A stretch of 64,000 nucleotides of DNA, taken from contig MCFE01000042.1 in assembly GCA_002104905.1 (NCBI GenBank), positions 1 through 64,000 on the forward strand. The letters run 5' to 3'. The DNA is from Basidiobolus meristosporus CBS 931.73. Taxonomy: Eukaryota > Fungi > Basidiobolomycota. The position numbers and the translations under genes were made by a program. Positions 24,601 through 35,508 of the stretch are shown here, in pieces. How positions within the stretch are numbered: the stretch's first letter is position 1; the number at the start of each line of letters is the position of its first letter. Under the pieces are notes generated by a model, which saw only the letters and a program-made list of their open reading frames with translations, was not told the origin of the DNA and did no database searches.

Positions 24601-24703
24601 TAGCGAGGAACATAGTAAGACGAAAACACATGAAAATAGCGGGCCTACATCGTCCCCTTGTACCACCACTACTGAAATAGTCTCCGTTTCCAAGCATTTC
24701 TAA
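21665..24703 (+). CDS. Secreted Thr/Asn/Ser-rich mucin-like protein with C-terminal CBM19-like chitin-binding domain, paralog 1
   Basis: Intronless ORF. The likely start at ATG 21665 carries a signal peptide (LFAGLVLLVLARSGSSQ), followed by a ~290-aa non-repetitive N-domain, an (NT)n tract, ~20/40-aa Thr-rich repeats, a 6-Cys domain CVSGRYKCDGDGFYQCVNKTWRRRPCGEGTRCYPNGKDKVICDYP and a His/Lys-rich tail. Confidence 0.82.
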   Translation: MDISNNRRCCLFAGLVLLVLARSGSSQSYTATAVPNTSGVTMPTTYTYTVGYSSDLETYQVASASYTGTISGYTRTTTVPSGLFTDLVPPLTFTDSFRGTDEVTTYSASTVIRELPPRTVVQEISPLTLTRFLPTSLITEALEPFTDTIYASVPFPTVTLTGANDPNRQTSWQLDVTTGPLDYLGTLNGPTITHYVGTSLHTSVLAQRTVSYVREGSVAVSVYPAETLTYTGQPYFTETLGSTIVTRIVLQTMVSDILPPVFVTATPTFTVTQPSTVVLPSTVTGTVTPTTNSVISTASTSFSTFTKSPPTTATLVTTQTIPETVTTTVGGPSGPITTTSTTLTTATSTLTQTASGSVSNSNTKTNTNTNTNTNTNTNTNSNSNSNTNTNTNTNSNTNTNTNTNTNTNTNTYTGPLTTTVFSTATTTLPPSGTNTNSVTVTSVSTQVTTTTVGTPLSNTGTVTSTLTTTQNGSTGPATTTLIVTSTNGAGSSSAATSNTNTGIVTQTVTSTANQSTGPATTTLTVTSTNGAGSSSVATSNTNTNTVTRTLTTTVNGSSGPTITTLTTTSVVGNTNTGIVTQTVTSTINQNTGPATTTLIVTSTNGAGSSSVATSNTNTSAATSTVTTTVNGSNGPTVTTLTTTSVVGNTNTNTNTAIVTQTMTSTIDQNTGPATTTLTVTSTNGAGSSSVATSNTNPNTATKTLTTTVNGSNGPTITTLTTTSVAGNTNTGIVTQTVTSTINQNTSPATTTLTVTSTNGVGTSSEMTWNTNTNTITKTLTTTRDGHTSQVTTTLTVTSTNDSVSKTRTRTRTRTTKTSQQTEPPTYTGTNTQTVTTTETETEGCENSSCYTLTKTKTRTGHPKPTKSHTKTHTQDHTKSHTKTHTSSEETPTNNGRGCVSGRYKCDGDGFYQCVNKTWRRRPCGEGTRCYPNGKDKVICDYPKKHHKETTWDSGKHTKTSSEEHSKTKTSSVKHSTTKTSEEHSKTKTHENSGPTSSPCTTTTEIVSVSKHF
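22740..22900 (+). repeat. Coding (AAC/AAT-ACN)n microsatellite encoding (Asn-Thr)n
   Basis: Run of NTNTNT... in paralog 1. Confidence 0.9.
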
Positions 24704-25270
24704 AAATTAAGATATTGACTTGAACATTAAATAAACACCTCTTTTGATGACACCCGAACTCACGTAAACTACATTGATTGAAATCAGAAAGGTCAATCAT
24801 CAAAGACAACAGATGACTGGACCTTCAAGCATACGGATGGTAAACAAGCGCAATATATGTATAAATATAGCTCATCCATGACAGATATTTCAACGAGGGC
24901 CAACTAGATTCAAATACTTATCCCAAATGCTTGTGACCCAAGTATGCCAAGTTTCCGCTTTGGGTTAGTGCATTCACGGCACCTCAACGACAATCACTGA
25001 TCAGTTTGGTGTGCAACGTAACCTTGGAGCCAGGTAACGATCGGAATAAGTCCAGCAAGACGACGGTTAAAAATATGGACATTATGCCGAATTTGGTGAG
25101 AAGGGCGGAATCACTCCCGAGTAAAAATATCAATTTTAAGCTTAATACCAATGGCAACGCAAGTAAGAAACGCCACTGTCAAGGGGAATGGAATCAAGGG
25201 TTATCTTTACAAAGAAGCCTTTATTTTTAGAGTTGCGTGAGAAGTATTTAAATTAAGGTTTCGGTTTCTC

Positions 25271-28200
25271 ATGTCTACGTACATCATGATTACACTCAAA
25301 CATTCCTTGAAATACCTTTACTTAGGGTTGATCCTTCTTGCTCTGGCCCAACGGCCGTTGGCGCAATCCTATACGGGCATCGCTATTATCGACACCAGTG
25401 GGGTGAGCATGGCTACCACCTACACTTATACTGTTGGTTACCCGTCAGATTTTGAGATCTACGAATTGGCCTCTGCTTCCTACACCGGGACAGTCTCAGG
25501 TTACACCAGGACCACTACAGTATCTGCTCAAACCTTCTATGACAGTATACCGCCACTAACCTTCAGTGATACTTTCCGTGGATCGGCGAGGGTCACCACT
25601 TTTTCTGCGAGTACTGCTGTTAGAGAATTGCTTCCTCGAACCGTCGTGCAGCGAATCGACCCAATCACCGTTACAAGATTCCTACCCACCTCTCTGACAT
25701 CCATTCCACTTGAGCCTCTCACTGACACGGTGTATGCCAGTGCCCCATTCCCGACTGTTACCTTGACAGGTCCTGATGATCCGAATCGAGAAACATCTTG
25801 GGAGTTGGATGTGAGTTTGGGAACTCTTCAGTTTAGGGGAACAATCAACGGCCCAACTCTTACTCACTTGATTGGGACTAACCTGGTCACCAATGTGATC
25901 CCCGCACAAACAATCATCAATACGCAAGATGGTAGACAAGTCCTTTCCACAGTGTCTGCGCAAACTGTGACACATACTGGGCAACCGTTTTACACTGAAA
26001 CTCTTGGGTCAACATTGTTAACTAGGGTGGTTTTGCCTACTGTAGTGAGTGATATATTGCCTCCGGTGTTCGTTACTGCCACTCCAACATTTACCATCAC
26101 TCGACCGAGTACTGTTGTGTTGCCATCAACGGTCACTAGAACTGTCACTCCTACTTCAAATGTTGTCGTCACTACGGGTACAACATCTTTCACCACTTTC
26201 ACGAATGCTCCTCCCTCAACCTTCACTGTCACTCTGCCATCAACCACCGTAGTACCATCTACCGTGACTGGAACTGTCACTCCTACCACAAACTCCGTGA
26301 TCTCCACGGCCTCGACATCCTTCACTACCTTCACTAATACTCCTCCTCCTACTACCACCGTCATCACTACACAGACTATCCCCGAAACTGTGACCACTAC
26401 TATTGGTGGACCAAGTGGGCCAGTTACCACTACAAGCACGACATTAACTACTGCTACTAGCACTCTGACCCAAACTGCAAGTGGTTCCGTCAGTAACTCA
26501 AACACCAACACACAACACACAATACAACAACACACACACCAACACGAATACGAACCCCAATACGAACACGAACACCAACACCAACTCCAATTCGAACTCC
26601 AACACCAATACTAACACAAACACAAACACCAATACTAACACCAACACCAACACTAATACCAACACGAACACCGGGCCCGTGACAGCCACTGTTGTCACTA
26701 CAGCCACAATGACGTTACCTCCCAGTGGAACGAACACCAATTCAGTCACAGTCACCTCCGTCTCCACCCAGGTGACCACGACCACAGTTGGTACACCAGT
26801 GAGCAATACTGGAGCAGTTACCAGTACACTCACAACAACTCAAAATGGAAGCACCGGACCAGTCACCTCCACTTTGACAGTGACCGGCACAAACAGTGCT
26901 AGTACATCACCTGGAGCTACTAGTAACACCAACACCGGAATCGTTACGCAAACCGTGACCAGTACCGCTAATCAGAGCACAGGACCAGCCACCACCACTT
27001 TGACAGTGACCAGCACAAGCGGTGCTGGCTCCTCATCTGTTGCTACTAGCAACACTAACACCGGAATCATTACGCAAACTGTGACCAGTACCGCTAATCA
27101 GAGCACAGGACCAGCTACCACCACTTTGACAGTGACCAGCACAAACGGTGCTGGCTCCTCATCTGCTGCTACTAGCAACACCAACACCGGAATCGTTACG
27201 CAAACTGTGACCAGTACCGCTAATCAGAGCACAGGACCAGCCACCACCACTTTGACAGTGACCAGCACAAACGGTGCTGGTTCCTCATCTGTTGCTACTA
27301 GCAATACCAATACGAATACTGTCACAAGAACTCTGACCACCACTGTCAACGGCAGTAGTGGACCTACCGTCACCACCTTGACCACCACTTCCGTCGTCGG
27401 CAATACCAACACTGGAATTGTTACACAAACCGTGACAAGCACCATTAACCAGAACACCGGGCCAGCCACCACCACTTTGATAGTGACCAGCACAAACGGT
27501 GCTGGCTCCTCATCTGTTGCTACCAGCAATACCAATACAAATACCGCCACAAGTACTGTAACAACTACAGTCAACGGTAGCAATGGGCCCACCGTCACCA
27601 CTCTGACCACGACTTCTGTTGTCGGCAACACCAACACAAACACCAACACCGCAATTGTTACGCAAACCATGACAAGCACCATTGATCAGAACACCGGGCC
27701 AGCCACCACCACTCTGACAGTGACCAGCACAAACGGTGCTAGCACCTCATCTGTTGCTACTAGCAATACCAATATGAATACCGTCACAAAGACCCTGACT
27801 ACCACCGTCAATGGCAGTAACGGTCCAACCCTTACTACATGGACGTTGACCACCGCCGTTATCAACACCAACACGGCGATTGTCACCCAAACTTTTACCA
27901 GTACCTTAAACGAGAACACCGGCCCGGCTACCACCACTTTGACAGTGACCAGCACAAATGGCGTTGGTACCTCATCTGAAATGACCTGGAACACCAATAC
28001 TAACACCATCACCAAAACCCTGACTACCACTCGCGATGGACACACCAGTCAGGTAACCACCACATTGACTGTGACCAGCACCAATGACAGTGTCAGCAAA
28101 CCAGACTAGACCAGAACCAGAACCACCAAGACAAGCCAGCAAACTGAGCCCCCAACCTATACCGGTACAAACTCTCTAACAGTTACAACTACTACCGAGA

Positions 28201-28496
28201 CAGAGACCGAAGGCTGTGAGAACTCATCTTGCTATACTCTTACCAAAACGAAGACCAGGACAGGCCACTCCAAGCCAACCCAAAGCCATACCAAGAGCCA
28301 CACCAAAACGCATACAAGCTCGGAGGAGACACCCACCAACAACGGCCGCGGGTGTGTCTCGGGTAGGTATAAATGCGATGGAGATGGATTCTACCAATGT
28401 GTCAACAAGATCTGGCGTCGTCGTCCCTGTGGAGAAGGTACTCGCTGCTACCCCAATGGAAAGGACAAAGTGATCTGTGATTACCCCCGTGCATAA
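25271..28496 (+). CDS. Secreted Thr/Asn-rich protein with CBM19-like domain, paralog 2 (frame disruptions at about 26510-26540 and about 28100 as sequenced)
   Basis: ORFs 25271-26614 and 26481-28109 plus an unannotated frame ending CDYPRA-TAA at 28496. Signal peptide LGLILLALAQRPLAQ. At about 28100 three single bases are missing from short homopolymers relative to paralog 1. Confidence 0.75.
26500..26670 (+). repeat. (Asn-Thr)n coding microsatellite of paralog 2 containing the frameshift
   Basis: AAC/ACA/ACC-rich low-complexity run in which the reading frame switches. Confidence 0.85.
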
Positions 28497-28715
28497 AGGG
28501 AAAGTCCAAAGACAATGGCGACAGCAACATCGCAGTAGGTAACTTATATGTTTGCAGGTTTTATTATGGGGGATAGAAATCATCTCATCTGACATCGAAT
28601 TCAAAACCAAGTATTTTTTCAAGCTCAATAAAGTCTTTTGAAACACTAGCCTTGCTTCACCTTGATGGGTATATGTACAATGATGATGACCGGCTAATCT
28701 CTTCGCCGGCCAGGC

Positions 28716-29468
28716 TTACGGATACAAACCGGAGTACCGAGCGAGCACCTGATTATCCAAATCATCCCAGAGTCTTTGCTCCATGAGATACGCCCGTCGG
28801 ACAATGATCGATAAAACGGCGGTGGCGATCTGGTGGGAAAGAGAGGTCACTTTGGTTTGAGGCGCGGTGAAGGAGCAAACACGACCACTTACGGCGAGTA
28901 TCAGCATCGATACATAGATCAAAGAAAGGCTAGTCAGTAGACTGACTTTGATCGAGATATGTAAGTTCCAGACCAACGCATGCGCATATTGAATTGGTAT
29001 AGAAATAAAGAGATGCTCATCCATCTGCGCGATATCCTGAGTGTAGCTTGAAACGTGGATAACGCTGAGGCTGGTCAGAGCGCAGAATACAATCCACAGA
29101 GTGAACAGGACACACCAGACGGAATACTACGGAGGTTAGAGAATCATTTTTAATCGGAATCCAGACACTGTAAGCGGCCTTACCAATAACAGGATTCTTT
29201 TGATGTAGCGAAGGGATCCATACATATCGAGCCCGCACATACCAATAGTTAGGATATTGGTCACGATGGAGATGTACGGCCGCTCTAAAGCTGGGACTGC
29301 CAGATCGAAGTATAGCAAGAATACCCCTATAATCTGAAGGAACTAGTGTTAGCAGTCGTATCGGACACATGCGTCGGAAACACTCTGTACCTGCTCCCCG
29401 CCCAGCAGGCACATTAGAATCCGTCTTGTCACAGCGATCTCCACTGACTTCTTTCTGTTGAATTGCAT
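28716..29468 (-). CDS. Orphan multi-pass membrane protein (about 4 TM), 3 exons
   Basis: ATG 29468 (MQFNRKKSVEIAVTRRILMCLLGGEQ), a phase-0 GTACAG..GCTAAC..CTAG intron, exon FLQIIGVFLLYFD...YIKRILLL, a phase-0 GTAAGG..CTAAC..GTAG intron, then exon YSVWCVLFTLWIVFCAL... to the stop at 28716. Confidence 0.7.
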
Positions 29469-29956
29469 TTTCTAGCCGAGCTCGCAAAACCGGTCGATCT
29501 TCGGAGACACTTTGCGACTGAACTAGGCCAACCGCTCGTCACCTTCCGCACTCCGCTATTAATAGGAAATTTTCCTGGGGAATAGGGGATGTGAACGGAT
29601 TCAAGGAGCATCCTCCTACACAGGAGACAGGCCCACCTGCCAAATATGCTTCATTGCTGAGATGGGTCCCTCGCGAAGAGCTGCTTGAAACGTAACTAAT
29701 CTTCGCAGTGGAAGGGTGAAGTATTGATCAATTGTGCCCTGAATCCACGGCACACTCTTCGAATCCCCACCACGATACAAAACCATATGGTGAGTCCTAC
29801 ATCCCCAATTGGGATGGCTCAAAATAGATTGGTTGCTGGGAACCGAGAATGGTTAGCCTACGGTGTCAAACGAAGAACCGGATCAGCACTTGGACGAAAC
29901 TGGGGGATTTCTAACGATTTGTCACTTTATTATAAACAGCGGGATTTGGAGACGAT

Positions 29957-30708
29957 CTAGTTGGCAGAGAAGATCCATTCGGCGATGGCTGGTGTCCAGC
30001 TGACGATTTCCTCCTCCTTGAACCAAAGGCCGATTTCCTTCTCGGCGCTCTCGAAGGAGTCCGATCCGTGGATGATGTTGCGGCCAACGGAGATGCAGAG
30101 ATCACCACGGATGGTGCCAGGAGCAGATTGGAGTGGGTTGGTGGCACCAATGATGGAGCGACCTTGCTTGATCACATCTTGACCCTCCCAAACCATAGCG
30201 ACGACTGGGGCCTTACCGTTGGTCATGTAATCGACCAATCCGCTGAAGAAAGGCTTCTCCTTCAAGTCAGCGTAGTGGTTCTCGGCCAAATCCTTACCGG
30301 GGACGAGGAGCTTCATACCAACAAGCTTGTAACCGCGGGATTCGAAGCGCTTGATGATCTCTCCGATGAGAGCGCGTTGAACACCATCGGGCTTGATGGC
30401 AATGAAGGTACGCTCGGTTTGGGTACCCTTGACACCAGCTGGGCTAGATTCAGCGAAGACAACGCTGTTGTTGTTCCAGTAAGCGGCACCAGCGGTGGCA
30501 GCGGCGACCAAACCGAACAAGGTGGAGGTCTTGGCAGCGGCACGAGGGGCAGCTTGGGTGGTGAAGGCACGAGCCTTAGGAGCAGCGGTGCGGAGAGATT
30601 GAGAGCCTGATTCGAGGAATTCATTAATTTATCATGGCAAACCAAACCAGTATGCGACCATCTTTACGTACCAGCTCTCATGAAGGTAGCAGCAGCACGA
30701 GCGAACAT
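29957..30708 (-). CDS. ndk: Nucleoside diphosphate kinase with N-terminal mitochondrial-type presequence, 1 intron (30607-30671)
   Basis: [20 protein letters not shown] and NIIHGSDS (catalytic His). The upstream exon [12 protein letters not shown] splices in phase 1 to [44 protein letters not shown]. Confidence 0.93.
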
Positions 30709-31347
30709 TGTTGATGGTACGGGGGTGTTAATTCAGTAACGACGACCACCCTTCCTCCCCACCAAGCTTATATACCAGGTGGAGGCATCTTTTATTGGGG
30801 TGGGATTGGGGAGATGAGTGGGGATAGCCAGAATTTTTCCTCTGACATCATGAGTTGAATGGCGAATTTCCTGGTCGCGAATTCAGCCTAACGTAGCAAT
30901 CACAATCAACAGAGATCTCAGTAGGAGAGTGTGGGGAGCCATCTGTGGGGCACATGCTAATTGGCAAGTGCTCAGATATTCTGCCAAAAATGTTCACCAC
31001 TGCCGCATCCCATTGCTGGATACTCCATTCCGGAACGCAGGATGTGGACAGGCCAATGATGCTGGTCATTCGAGACATGTTTATTAAAGATCGGGATAAC
31101 TTCTGGATAAGATATATAAGAATACAAATATGTTACAATCCCTACAACGCTGGCACGAACCAAATAGGAGAGATGGTGACGAAAGGGAAGTTGGCGTTTG
31201 CGTGGTGAGACATGGCACAAACCGGTGAATGAAACAGTGTACAGTGGAAGAATAAAATGGCTCTGTATATGAATTAGGGTCAAAATGAACAGGCGCATCG
31301 ACTCGGCTCATCCGCGAATCCGTGTTGCAGGACAGGCACGCGGCCCA

Positions 31348-32859
31348 TCATATAATTCTGCTAAGGTCCGATCTCGCTTCACCAGGGTTGATTTCTGATG
31401 TGGTCAGCTTAGGTGCGTTACTTGGAGACGGGTTTGAAACATGGTTTCGAGCGAATGTGTCGTATGCATGGATCAGGTAGGTTGGCTCCTCCCAGGAGTT
31501 GTTTCCGAATGGAGATTCAACTGAGGCTGAACTGTAGGTGTCGTACTCATGATTGAGCATTTGTTGAGGGAATGGCGATGATGCTGAATATGCAGGAGAG
31601 TGGTTATACGGTTCGTACTGACGGTCTAATTGGTCCGACGTAGGGATATCGAAATACCGCGAAGGCCCGAATTGCTTCTTGCGATACGATGCCTCCGATA
31701 CCAAGAGCGCGGAGAGTGATGCCCCGAAGTCATATCGCGAGCTCAGCTTCTTCGCGGAAGCGGATTTGAACGAGGCCAGAGGGCTTTCGGGTGAAGTGGA
31801 ATAGATGGGATCTTGGGTATACCCGGGGGATCTCATGATGTCGATGGGCTGGCTCTTGCTAATCGCCACCACGGGTGCTGGGATATCCCATGGGTCTAGG
31901 CTCTTCGTTTTGGAAAGGACAAACTCGACATGGTAATTCATGCCATCGTTGTTGTCCCAGTGCTCTTGCTCATTGACGACATACTTGATGGCAAAAAACA
32001 AGGTCTTTTTGGGGGATCCAAGCTCCGTACTTACCTTGTGTTTAAGATCTATGCTGAAGGAGAACTCGTCGACACCAATATGATTCCCGTATTCCTTAGC
32101 GGTGGGCCTTTTGAAGCTGGCCGCCACCTCTTCAGTGGACTGCCAAAAATCAAAAGTGTAGCGTACGGACACGTTTTTGTGATATGCAAGGTTGGCCACC
32201 TGGACGCTCCCGACCAGGCTTTTCTTGTCCTCCGAAAGCGAGATCGAATCAACGCTAACCACGTTAGGGCAATAGTACGAGAACATAGGTGGCGAGAAGT
32301 TTGGTAGGCGGATCGATAGAGACACCTCTTCCTGGTCGTAAAAATCATCGTCCGAGGAAATCCCATCCTCCACATCAGAACCAGGATTGGAGATGGTTTG
32401 AGGCTTCTCGCCTTTCATGAATAACTTGATGTACTCAAGCTGTGCATCAAAGTGAACAAATTTACTGGGAATACTCGACATTGGTTGGGGTGGATTGGAT
32501 TCCTTGTATTTGAGTGCTGATTTGACCACTTCCCCGCTCTTCTTCCTGGGTGATTGATGAGAGCGAGCGCACGAAGAGGCCACACCACACGTCAATGCTA
32601 GGTTTCGGAGGGTATCGATTTCCGTGTTCGAAGTGATCCCGCAACTGACAATATCGGGTCCACTGCAAGCATGCGTAGGGCGTTGGATGGCTTTGTGCAA
32701 GTGCTTCGAGGCCATCGGCTTTGCGTTGGGTCGATGCGGACCGGAGGCCGTGGCTGAAACAGGGCTTGAAATCAACGAAACCCTCTTCTTCGTCAAGGCA
32801 ACAGGCGAGCTTGGGCTGTCCAGTGTAGTCATTGCTGCGTTTCTCCCGTTCGACGTCAT
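31348..32859 (-). CDS. PP1 glycogen-targeting regulatory subunit (Gac1/Gip2/Pig-like) with CBM21
   Basis: KFVHFDAQLEYIKLF (RVxF motif) and CBM21 motifs GSVQVANLAYHKNVSVRYTFDFW, FAIKYVVNEQEHWDNNDGMNY. First ATG at 32859. Confidence 0.85.
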   Translation of the reverse strand: MTSNGRNAAMTTLDSPSSPVALTKKRVSLISSPVSATASGPHRPNAKPMASKHLHKAIQRPTHACSGPDIVSCGITSNTEIDTLRNLALTCGVASSCARSHQSPRKKSGEVVKSALKYKESNPPQPMSSIPSKFVHFDAQLEYIKLFMKGEKPQTISNPGSDVEDGISSDDDFYDQEEVSLSIRLPNFSPPMFSYYCPNVVSVDSISLSEDKKSLVGSVQVANLAYHKNVSVRYTFDFWQSTEEVAASFKRPTAKEYGNHIGVDEFSFSIDLKHKVSTELGSPKKTLFFAIKYVVNEQEHWDNNDGMNYHVEFVLSKTKSLDPWDIPAPVVAISKSQPIDIMRSPGYTQDPIYSTSPESPLASFKSASAKKLSSRYDFGASLSALLVSEASYRKKQFGPSRYFDIPTSDQLDRQYEPYNHSPAYSASSPFPQQMLNHEYDTYSSASVESPFGNNSWEEPTYLIHAYDTFARNHVSNPSPSNAPKLTTSEINPGEARSDLSRII

Positions 32860-33931
32860 AATGGTAAGTAGGACTGTTACAACGCAGATTAAACTGATGC
32901 AGTAGGGTGAAGAACAAGAACGAAGGACACGCCAACGTAAGTGCAGTTTCAAGGAAGTACGAATCCGTCAAGAGCACTGTCCGTGGGGGCCACAATTTAT
33001 AGAAATCCATGCAGACACAGTAGAAGGGGAAGTGGAACCAAATCCAATCCACGCTACTCAGCAGGACAGCCAAATGTTGATAGATAACAATTTCCTGGCC
33101 ACAAACAGTCCGCCAATATGCTGATCTCATTTCAACCGATTCAAATGGGATTTGATTCCTACTTTTGGGCCGCCGTTTGTTGCATATAATTAGCACCTCT
33201 CGCAATATCCGCCATTGCTTACGATACAATGCAATCAATTAATAATGGGTGCGCTCCCTAAGAACTAAAGGGCTGCATTGCTCTCTAGTATCTAGCCACA
33301 TCTACTAATCAGGCCTGCTCACCCAATCTGATAAATCTGAGTCGGTTTCGAAAATACCATCACATGAGTGACACCTCCAATGAAATGGTACCAATCCACC
33401 CGCCGGTACTTTATCTTGACATATTGAAGGAATGAAGTAGGGGAGCACCTGATCATGCAGGTGAAGGTATTCCTGGTGCGTGGAGATAACATTGCCCCGA
33501 CAAATCGGATTTAGAACAAAGTGATATTGGAATGGTGTTGAATGCGAGACAAGCCACTGGCCGAAATTTTAGGGGATCAATTACAAAGCCGGACTGGGCT
33601 ACACCCTTGTCTTGATTCACCTGAGCAAGCAATCAATCATCGAGATGTGCGCAAGGTAGCCATGCATTGGCGTCGCTTTATGCTCGTTTTGATAAGCCCC
33701 ATATTAAGCCAAGATGTGGATATTAATCCCGGTTACTAGATACCTACCCCAATCGTGATATCGGGTTGGTTGGGCGATGATTGGCAGGGTTGCTCAAGGG
33801 GATTTCGTTTAGCACGCCATGAGAACAATCTTTTTATTCAGATCAATAATGCATTGGAGATTGCCAAATGTTTAATGAAATGATCTTATATAGCGCCGAC
33901 TGGGAAAAGGAGCCATTGGTTTTGAGTTGTC

Positions 33932-35252
33932 TTGATGATATCTCCTCTCTTAGCCAACAATACTAACGGCAGCGATGGAGGCGGCTTACCGCTACCATCT
34001 ACAGCGAACTATAAATCCAGCTCGCTCAAGGAAAAACTTGGCTGGGCTTTTCGGAAGATATGGCTCCGAAGAAAAAAGTACAGCCTACTGTTCGTGCTTC
34101 TTATCGTGGCATACGTGACTCTTGGGACGTTGATACATCTACTACTTCTTGCCAAGTACCATTTGAAGAACAGTGTTTTCAACGAAGGATGGTCCTGTGG
34201 CTACCGGAAAGAGCCCATGTTACAGATATTGGACACCGAGCACGTTGCGGTAAAGTGGGAGACCAGTTGCCTGATGAAGAATATGAGGACTCCAATGGGG
34301 TCTAGCCGGAGAAAGTTATCAGTCAATCCTTGTTGATCCAGTGCAAGTCGACCAAAACCACTTCGTCTACACCTCGAAGCTGGGCCCCCTCGAGGAGGTT
34401 GGAAACTACACCTACCAAGTGACCTCTAAAACTGCCTCTTTGAAACAGTATTTCTTTCAACATCACCCGAAAAAGAGCGACCAGTCGATCCGCGTCGCCG
34501 CCTTTTCGGACAACCAGTTTGGCCTTGGTGTATTCAACAAGCTTGCCCCGATGATCGCGGCGCACAAGCCCACCTACCTCGTGCACGCTGGAGACGCTGT
34601 TCAGCAGGTTGAAAACCTACAACAATGGCAAACCGACTTTTTCGACCCTCTTACCCAGTATGAATTGGCCCAAAGCGCGCCCATGATATACGCTCGTGGC
34701 AACCATGACTTTGACCCCCAGGGTGGCTACATTTACACCCACAACCAAACCTGGTTCTCCTTCAATACCGGGAACACTCGATGGATCGTTCTGGATAGCA
34801 ACCTCGACGACAGCGAGCAAGATGCATGGCTAAGCACCGAGTTGGACAGTGAGGAGTTTCGCGCGGCCAAGTTTCGTATCGTCGTGGTCCACATCCCTCC
34901 GTTCACGGAGTATTGGGACCCGGTGACCTGGGAGAAAGGGGAAAAGTACTGGGGAGACTTTATCAGGCTTCGGTACTCGACGCTGATGGAGCAGAAAGGA
35001 GTGGACCTCGTGATCAGCGGACATCAGCATAATTACCAACGCGGCTTCCGCAACGGCACGATGTACACGATCATCGGTGGGGCTGGTGGTGAGCTCGATT
35101 ACGACCGGGTTGAGGATTGGAAGATGTACTCGGTGACTGAACGCCAGCACCACTATGTCATCATGGACATCGCCCAGAACACCTTGAAATGGACAGTGTA
35201 CAACTCGAAGAATGAGATTATGGATGAGCATCTACTTCAGTCCAGACATTAG
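33932..35252 (+). CDS. Type II membrane-anchored calcineurin-like metallophosphoesterase (purple acid phosphatase-like); +1 indel at about 34286
   Basis: TM segment YSLLFVLLIVAYVTLGTLIHLLLL and motifs FSDNQFG, HAGDAV, RGNHDF, VVHIPP, SGHQHNYQRG. Removing one A at about 34286 fuses the ORFs (KNM-GLQWG). Confidence 0.8.
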
Positions 35253-35508
35253 TATTTTCCTTTCTTGCAGCTACCAACATGTATATATCATATAAATACT
35301 TGAGCCCAAGCATCCGCTCCATCCCCGATTCATGTTTCTCCCTGCTAGCCTCCACGTAGCATCTCGAACAATAAACCGACAGGTACACAGTGCCTCCCTC
35401 ATCTTCTGCATTAGCTATATCTATTTTTATTGCCTTATAGGTGGAAGGATATGAAAGGATACGATGGTTGGAAAGAAAATGATCACACGAGTCACACAAC
35501 AAATCTAA

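Noticed and set aside
26930-27300. Regular 120-bp repeats as a CRISPR-like array
   Set aside because: They are coding tandem repeats without unique spacers, in a eukaryotic genome.
22480-28045. Val/Leu-rich minus-strand ORFs (VLVLVLV) that look like membrane proteins
   Set aside because: They are the reverse complement of the Thr/Asn repeats.
30068-30610. 180-aa plus-strand ORF opposite NDK
   Set aside because: An antisense open frame expected from strong codon bias in a highly expressed gene; no motifs.
32462-33238. 258-aa ORF overlapping the 5' end of the CBM21 gene in another frame
   Set aside because: It has a TTG start and no recognisable motifs, and is probably a chance open frame, although a uORF role is not excluded.
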